A DNA stretch of 64,000 nt from Mitosporidium daphniae. Lineage: Eukaryota. Where the stretch lies: positions 1 to 64,000 of the forward strand of contig NW_013546132.1 of the NCBI RefSeq assembly GCF_000760515.2, in the 5' to 3' direction. The translations under genes and the position numbers were made by a program. Positions 57,455 through 64,000 of this stretch are shown piece by piece. The notes under the pieces are model-generated. The model was given only the letters and a program-made list of their open reading frames with translations, was not told where the DNA came from and made no database searches. Each line of letters begins with the position of its first letter. Within the stretch, counting starts at the first letter, position 1.

Positions 57455-58614
57455 TTACTTTTTAAGAAATTCGGAGGTGAATCTTACGAACCCTTCGACC
57501 TCGCTGGCGGCCAGAGGATTTGCGTTGTAAACCTGATCAAGATCGGCTATAAAGGAGCCTTTGGGGAATTTTCCTGATGGCGCAAGCGCGACTTGAAGGG
57601 CCGTAAGAGACCCTTGCTTTGGTGAAAGCATAAAATAGGAGGCAAATCTCCAGACAATCGACTCAAGGAACCACGAGACCATAGGGCTTCCCTTGAAAAT
57701 ATCGGTCATCACACCGCCCGGATGAATTGTATATGCTTCGATATTCCGATTCTGGACCATGTCAAGGGTAAGCGAATGCGAGAGCAGCTTTGTCGTTGAA
57801 TAAAAGCAACGCATGAAGCGGTCTTCTGATTGGAACGCTGTATAGTCAATGGGCGAGTAAACTAAGAAATGACAGGTCAAAAGATACCTGCATAATGGGC
57901 TATTGATCCCAGGTTTATGACCCTCACGTCGTTTGAGAAAAATGGCTGCAAAACATTGCAAAGGGCAAAGGCTCCGACGCTATTCTACAATTCAATGCTC
58001 CATCTGAATTACAATTGCAAATTGGCTTTCCAAAGGGCTCTTCTTCCAATCAGACGCCAACTTAATGGGCGCAAAATGGTCCACAAAAATTCCAGCATTG
58101 CCTACGTAAAAACCGGCAACAAATACTAATCAAAAGCGCGATTTTCAAATTTTCTTTTGAAATTGCAGCAGAAAAGCTTTCCATGGAAGCAATATTTGCA
58201 ACGTCAAGCTTTACAAATTTAACCTTCTTGTTGTTTGAGAGAAGCGAAATTCTTTGTGCTGCCGATTCGCCGCGCACTTCATCTCGAGCCGCTATGCCGA
58301 TGAAAGAAGAAACGATGCAATACCGACAATGACCTGATAGTTGCATCTAGCTAGCCCTATGGCGATCTCAACCCCAATTCCAGCGGTTCCACCAGTAACT
58401 ATGGCAAGCTTGGATGAATTTTCTAGCGGGGAAGAAAGCGTACAATGATCTTCGAGAATACTACAATTAGACCTTGATTTTACTTTTCAAAAATCTCATA
58501 GTCTTCCGCTCTTGAGCGGACAAAAAGATGATGGATCAGAGATGCAAACAGCTCCAGAACACCTATGATGCCTGATCTGAAGGTGCTGTTTAAAGGGAGG
58601 AATGGGGTTGCCAT
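57455..58614 (-). CDS. Short-chain dehydrogenase/reductase (retinol dehydrogenase-like), 4 tiny introns
   Basis: VTGGTAGIG, NAG, YSTTK, HPGGVMT. Confidence 0.85.
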
Positions 58615-58755
58615 GAAAGCTTGCAGCTTGCGAATCAATCTGCACACGTATGTTCCAAACGAAATTGACATGGCGTTTGGGTCTGTTGCGTAAGCTGTGC
58701 TAATGTAAAGCAATTAAAATTTACCCAGCTTTTTAGTTTTTGCATTGCATTGGGA

Positions 58756-60546
58756 ATGAGTAGCAGCGTGTGCGTGGGAGGCCGCTATTTTTGTCCGTTA
58801 ATCTTTTCGCGATGTTTTGTCAGCAGGATTTCTGGTGCTTTAACAGCAAGCTATTCCACATCCTCGTCATCCTCATACAAGGGATTTGGCGCGAAACGGG
58901 AAAGAAGATCCGAGCAGCCCTCCAGATTTGAGGAGCTATCTGACGATTCCAAACGAACAAATAACAATACCAGAAGATTTGGGAACAACCATGCTCCAAG
59001 ATATGATTCTTCCGTGCACTATTCCTCTAAAGGCTTTAGCAATGCTGACCACGAACGGATGTCAGCTCCATTCAAAAGACGCACAGATATGGAATATCAG
59101 AGCCCTGGTAGCGAGACCGGAAAATATCAACCAAGGAGGGAAATGGAATACCGGGGCCATCGTGAACAAAGGGATGGTTTTAATTATCCCGCAAAAGAAT
59201 ACTTTAAGCAACGGCCCTTTGAAAGAAGGGATGAAAATCCCGATTTTCATTCCAGGTCTAATCCGGCCTGGAAATCCAATGCTCGAGTTCATTTGACAAG
59301 AAATAGAGAGGATCAGTATACTGGCGGTAATTTTGAATCAAACGAAAAGCAGAGATCTGGTAGTTTTAAACGAAATTATGAGAAAAGTGGCGTTGGCGGC
59401 TCTAAATTTGAGCATAGTGGCAGACATTTCAGCGGCTATTCAAAGGATGAAAGCGATATTCAGGCGAAGGGGAATTTTCGGTCTAGAAATTCCTCTTATA
59501 GCAACGAGGAAGCTGGGGACCAACGCGGGGGAGCTAGCCAGAATCACTACGGAAATCAGAAATATAGTGGAAATGGACCTAAAAATCAGGAGTACAGAAA
59601 AAGCGGATATGCAGCACAAGGTGTTAACGAAAGCAATAACGAGGATCACTATGTCCGGAAAAATGGCATGAGAGCTTTTAATTCCGAAAAGGCCAAATAT
59701 GCCCGGGAAAGGTCTCTTCCAGACTTTGATGAACAAGAATCTTCGGAGGAGAAGCACAAGAAATCCTGGGATGCTAAACCGCATCACTCTTTTGGAAAAT
59801 TTAATGCCTCTGCAAAAGCATTGTCAGGACAGATCCCAAAATTTGAGAAAACCTCCAACGATTACGACAAAAATGCGGAGCCTCTTTATTCGTTGAAAAA
59901 AGATAAAACAGCTGCAAAATCGGAAGCCAGAAGAAACGGGCCCCAGCATGCTCAAGCCAAATTAGACAATACAGCCAAAGAGGCTTCCATTGATAATACC
60001 AGCCAAGATAACGAAGACAATATTGATGCTGAGTTGACAAACGGCGAAAACGTCCGCCCTGAAAAGACTGCCGAAACTTTTCACAATGAATCTCTCCATA
60101 AAGCGAGTAGAATGCGCGTAAGAAATTCGCGCATCGTCAGAGAACGGCTTGCCAAAAAACCGAAAGATAGGCTTAAATCTCTAATCGACACAAACTCAGA
60201 AAACCTACATGCATCTGGGACCTGCTTGAAAGACCAGAAAAGCGTCCCGGCTGCTTTAGAAACAGCCTGTACACCGATTCTGTTTGAAGGCGAAACATGC
60301 GAGGCAATCCAAGTTAATCTACAAAATCTTCAAGATTCATCTCAAAACAGCCCCACTTTTGAGATACAATCAGGATGCCTCGACAGCCCCCCTTCCGTTT
60401 CTGGTGATATTCCTGATCAGAATGCTTCTGAAGCTGTTGAGAATGCCTCTGAAGCTGTTGAGAATGCCTCTGAAGCTGTTGAGAATGTTGTACATGCCCC
60501 CCAATCTACCGATTTCCCTCAAAATTCGAAAATTACCGGGGAGTAA
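58756..60546 (+). CDS. Hypothetical hydrophilic low-complexity protein with a mitochondrial-presequence-like N-terminus
   Basis: ~596-aa ORF; Arg/Ser-rich N-terminus lacking acidic residues. Confidence 0.6.
   Translation: MSSSVCVGGRYFCPLIFSRCFVSRISGALTASYSTSSSSSYKGFGAKRERRSEQPSRFEELSDDSKRTNNNTRRFGNNHAPRYDSSVHYSSKGFSNADHERMSAPFKRRTDMEYQSPGSETGKYQPRREMEYRGHREQRDGFNYPAKEYFKQRPFERRDENPDFHSRSNPAWKSNARVHLTRNREDQYTGGNFESNEKQRSGSFKRNYEKSGVGGSKFEHSGRHFSGYSKDESDIQAKGNFRSRNSSYSNEEAGDQRGGASQNHYGNQKYSGNGPKNQEYRKSGYAAQGVNESNNEDHYVRKNGMRAFNSEKAKYARERSLPDFDEQESSEEKHKKSWDAKPHHSFGKFNASAKALSGQIPKFEKTSNDYDKNAEPLYSLKKDKTAAKSEARRNGPQHAQAKLDNTAKEASIDNTSQDNEDNIDAELTNGENVRPEKTAETFHNESLHKASRMRVRNSRIVRERLAKKPKDRLKSLIDTNSENLHASGTCLKDQKSVPAALETACTPILFEGETCEAIQVNLQNLQDSSQNSPTFEIQSGCLDSPPSVSGDIPDQNASEAVENASEAVENASEAVENVVHAPQSTDFPQNSKITGE
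60420..60486 (+). repeat. 21-nt coding tandem repeat x3 (NASEAVE)
   Basis: gaatgc(t/c)tctgaagctgttga repeated three times. Confidence 0.9.
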
Positions 60547-60597
60547 CACATCATGATGCCGGGATCTGGTGGGATGATGGAGTCGATATTTTACTTA

Positions 60598-61212
60598 TTA
60601 AATTGGTATTTTGGAAACATTCACTCCGATCTTGAAAACCACATGCTTTACTTTGATGGCATCGGTGTGTAATGCATAACTATTGAGCTCGGGCAAGATC
60701 AGTCTTTCCAGTGTTGAAATGTCCGTGTCAGATAGTACTCGTTTGTCTGGCGCTTCGATCGAGGCAATGCTTAAATGAAATTTAGGCGTGCTGAAGAACT
60801 TGCTGTAACCATAAGTAACAAGAACAATGTCTAGCTTTTGGACAATTCTTATCAGAGATTCAGATGCGTCGTGCACACTCAAACACACAAACACTCTTTT
60901 TCTGCATTCATTAAGCAGAAGGAAAAAAGGTTTATCGAACGATAAGACAAATGATCCGATCGCACCAGAAAGCATTTTATTTATGGCCATGGTCATGCTT
61001 TTTTTGACATACTTGGGGATCGAGAATGGCTTTGAAAGTGAAATATGTAGGCATTCCTTCAAAGGGAAACACATATTTACTGCATCGTGAAGCAAAAAAG
61101 AAGGCTGTACCCACATTTGTATCATGTTTTGAAGCTTATGGAGCGAACAAAGATCAACAGTTTCCGTGCAGTCCACATAAAAAATCGAGTGGTATCCTGC
61201 AAAGGCGTTCAT
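60598..61212 (-). CDS. USB1: U6 snRNA 3' phosphodiesterase Usb1/Mpn1 (2H family)
   Basis: LHISLS and FHLSIA HxS motifs, LNE.RKRVF. Confidence 0.75.
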   Translation of the reverse strand: MNAFAGYHSIFYVDCTETVDLCSLHKLQNMIQMWVQPSFLLHDAVNMCFPLKECLHISLSKPFSIPKYVKKSMTMAINKMLSGAIGSFVLSFDKPFFLLLNECRKRVFVCLSVHDASESLIRIVQKLDIVLVTYGYSKFFSTPKFHLSIASIEAPDKRVLSDTDISTLERLILPELNSYALHTDAIKVKHVVFKIGVNVSKIPI

Positions 61213-61386
61213 AGTAAATAACAAGGCAAGATGTTCACGTTAACTTTGTTAATAAGGGCAAGTGATCACTTGAAGCATAACCAAATGTGTGAGCAAAGGG
61301 TTAGTTTTTAAAAAATTAGGGTTTCGGCCTCCATTTTAAAGCTCCCATTTTAAAGCCCCCATTTTCGACTCGGTAATTTTGAATAA

Positions 61387-61980
61387 ATGGATGGCCTCCA
61401 CGTTTTCCGGGTGCTTCCAAAAAAGAGGATGCATTTGCCTTTGCATTCTCTTCTCCGGAGAAAATACAGCCAAGAACCGCAGCGTGTATATACCGATGGC
61501 TCTTGTAGGATGTTTGACAAGAAAAATCGCTTTGGAGGCTATGGAATATATTGGGGCCAAAACGATCCAAGTTGCGATACCTCTCCGTCATTTATGTAAA
61601 TAGAAACACCTCCAAAATCCTCGAAGGCACCCCATCTAACTCCAGAGGCGAGTTGACCGCCGTCATCGAGGCTATTAAAATGCATCACTCTGACGTCCCG
61701 CTAGTGATCNTTACAGATTCTAGCTATGTTATAAAAGGTACGTCATTGCGCTGACTTGCCTCAATTAGTTGTGCATGGCATAAGAAAAAATCTTTACAAG
61801 CTCTTCCAAAATCATGATCTTNTTGAGCAGCTATCACAGGTGTTAAATGACAGCGTTTCGTTTAAACACGTCCTAAAGGCTTCCAATTGTCCCGGAAACG
61901 TCGCGGCAGACAAGCTTGCCAGGGATGCCTCAAAAAAGGCGATGTCGATTGCCATTTTGGAGCAAACGTCCAACGTTTGA
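61387..61980 (+). CDS. RNH1: Ribonuclease H1 (catalytic domain only), 2 introns
   Basis: VYTDGSC, GYGIYWG, NSRGELTA, TDSSY, QNHDL, GNVAADKLA; two N bases inside. Confidence 0.85.
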
Positions 61981-62572
61981 TGCTATTTATTTTATAATAA
62001 AAATTCGGCATTTCATTTCAAATCTGCACTGTCAATTGGGTCTATCCAGGCTTGTGCGGTCAGCTCTCTTTTACTCGGCAAACAGGGATATCGCCCAGCT
62101 GGATTCCCTTATGGAGTTAGAGTCTAGAGGCTTGATCTCGCCATGCCAAGTGTTTACAAATCCCCACTCAGCTACCTCGTCAAGCGACAAGTTATTTTTC
62201 TTCAAGTTTTTCAGAGACCATTACGGAATTAAACTCTTCTCGTTTGAAGGGCCATTTCCAAACACAAATAGAGCTACAATTAACGAACTAGAACGCGCCA
62301 ACAATGAGAAACGCCCTTGCTTTTCCAACGATCCCGTGCAAAGGCTCCCTTACTGGTCAAATTTGGGCAGCAAGAATCTATGCGAGAATATTAAATTTTA
62401 CAAACCCAAAGGCTTGACTTCTTCTTGCGTTCCAAATGATGTTCTGGCTGATTCGTTAAATAAAAACAGCCAGAAAGAAAAAAGGGAGCTTCATCCAACC
62501 AATGACCGCATTGAACAAAGAAGCTTTGCTTACGGATTTCCTGCAGCTCAGAAGGAATGTACGTTAATGTAA
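61916..62572 (+). CDS. Hypothetical protein; true start and 3' exon uncertain
   Basis: Open frame filling the gap between RNH1 and COQ3; likely intron near 62538-62563. Confidence 0.35.
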   Translation: MPGMPQKRRCRLPFWSKRPTFDAIYFIIKIRHFISNLHCQLGLSRLVRSALFYSANRDIAQLDSLMELESRGLISPCQVFTNPHSATSSSDKLFFFKFFRDHYGIKLFSFEGPFPNTNRATINELERANNEKRPCFSNDPVQRLPYWSNLGSKNLCENIKFYKPKGLTSSCVPNDVLADSLNKNSQKEKRELHPTNDRIEQRSFAYGFPAAQKECTLM

Positions 62573-63005
62573 ACACATGGCAGTGCGTCTACATCGAAGA
62601 AAGCGTCTTTTTTAAAAAACACCAAGGCAATATCTGCTAATCGGCACGAACAGGGCTTTTCTAAGGCGAGCAGGGGTTCTAACTGTGCTCATGTGGCCTC
62701 TAACGCTCCCCGTGGCAATCACACTACTGTTATGAAACCGATCAAATATTCGCAACAGAATTCTGCTCAAAATGACGTTATAAAAGACCGATGAATATCG
62801 TTTGGAGCTGCAGGGAATACGCCGTTTTCGTCTTTGACTGATGGAACGACATTCCCTTGCTTCTATTGATACATATGAGGCAATATTTCCTAGCTCCAAC
62901 TCCAGCTCTTTAAAATATATTCCCAAAATCACTAGTTAAACGATGTTTCCCCTGTTTGAGGATGGTTCTATTTAGGGCCTGCTGCATATGTCTAGATAAA
63001 TAAAC

Positions 63006-63864
63006 TTATTTTATAGACGAATAGAAATAGTTAATGATTGGACCATTGGCTGGGACTGGAATCCATTTCTCTAAGGGCCAAGGGAGATACAAGCATGGAA
63101 GCAAAGAACCGGGTACGGGTGTCAAATTTGACTTTGAAAACATCTCCTCTAATTCATGGGGGGTCAAGTATTTTGTAGCATCATGGGTGCCCTTGGGCAC
63201 CAAATTCAATATGTTTTCAGCCAGGTTTATCNTAAGAAGCTCAGAAAGCTTCGAACGGTTTATTGTTGAGAGTATAAGTAGCCCATTTTGCTATTTGTTA
63301 ATAAGTAGCCTTACTTTTAGCAATCCGGAAAGATCAGAGACAAATAAATTGGGATCGTTTACATGTTCGATTACTTCAAGAGCCACTATTACGTCAAAGG
63401 AGGATGGTTTCGATAACAGCAAATCTATTTGAGATCAAATTGGGTACCTGAAGAGCTTTGGGCCTCAAAGCAAATTTTTAAAGGCAATCCATCACATGCC
63501 CTTCTAGCCACCTCGACATTTGATGCAGAGGCATCAATGCCCAGGACATTTGCCCCCAAGCGAGCAAGAGGCTAAAAATGGAAGATCCTTAATGTACCTT
63601 GGAAACCAATCCACCGCCACAGCCAACATCTAAAATACGGAGTGACGAGATTGACGTGGTATTGAAATGGTGCCCGATTTGATCCATTATGTACCTCATC
63701 CTTAGCTGGGTCATTAGATGTAGCGGACGAAATGGGCCGTTTTGGTCCCACCAAAAACTAGACAACCTGGAAAACTTTTCTACTTCCTTCTCATTGATTG
63801 TGGTCGTTGGACGAGAATGCGAAGCAAACGCCCGATGACAGCCGAAATGTTTGACCAAATTCAT
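63006..63864 (-). CDS. COQ3: Ubiquinone biosynthesis O-methyltransferase, 3 tiny introns
   Basis: EVEKFSRL...WWDQNGPFRPLH.M...R, ILDVGCGGGL, LEVIEHV, VPKGTH. Confidence 0.92.
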
Positions 63865-64000
63865 AATTTTTAAAAAGGATGATTTTTAGGAACGGATCCA
63901 GTATTGCCCCCTCGCCGCTATTTGCTTTGTCATCTAAAAGCAACAATATTGCCCTTTCTGAGGTTATTATACTTTGTAAAAATAGTAGCCTGCCTGCTTC

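Noticed and set aside
61387..61980. RNase H as a retrotransposon remnant
   Set aside because: It has spliceosomal introns and cellular RNase H1 motifs; no RT, integrase or LTRs nearby
1..64000. Fragmented ORFs as pseudogenes, programmed frameshifts or an alternative genetic code; CRISPR arrays
   Set aside because: Breaks in the recognisable genes are explained by tiny spliceosomal introns; no repeat-spacer arrays seen

Overview
Gene-dense eukaryotic DNA with about 40 genes in 64 kb, short intergenic gaps and many tiny 23-35 nt GT-AG introns. Gene content is fungal-like and includes mitochondrial functions (MRM2, COQ3, SYM1/MPV17). Together with the compaction, this suggests (inference) an early-diverging Microsporidia/Rozellomycota-type organism that still has a mitochondrion. 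Recognisable genes: monopolin Csm1, PiT/Pho89 transporter, two membrane/secreted glutaredoxin-like paralogs, Kin1/MARK kinase, MRM2, SYM1, CK1, DUF167, METTL25-like, NSR1, MPP6, UBA1, CTF18, PSO2, SLY1, PNUTS/Ref2-like, DFG10, a MiaA/IPT9-type tRNA isopentenyltransferase, a WD40-less NEDD1-like protein, a metallothionein, GCN2, RPL5 (with an intronic snR60/SNORD80-like snoRNA), HSP104, an SDR, USB1, RNase H1 and COQ3. The most striking observation is compound introns made of 2-3 back-to-back minimal introns joined AG|GT with zero-length exons: two triplets in CTF18, one doublet in PSO2, and a possible fourth case. This points to recursive splicing of tiny introns. Other highlights are telomere-repeat (TAGGGTTA) motifs near start codons and two structured intergenic RNA candidates. 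All gene models were read by eye; no searches were run.
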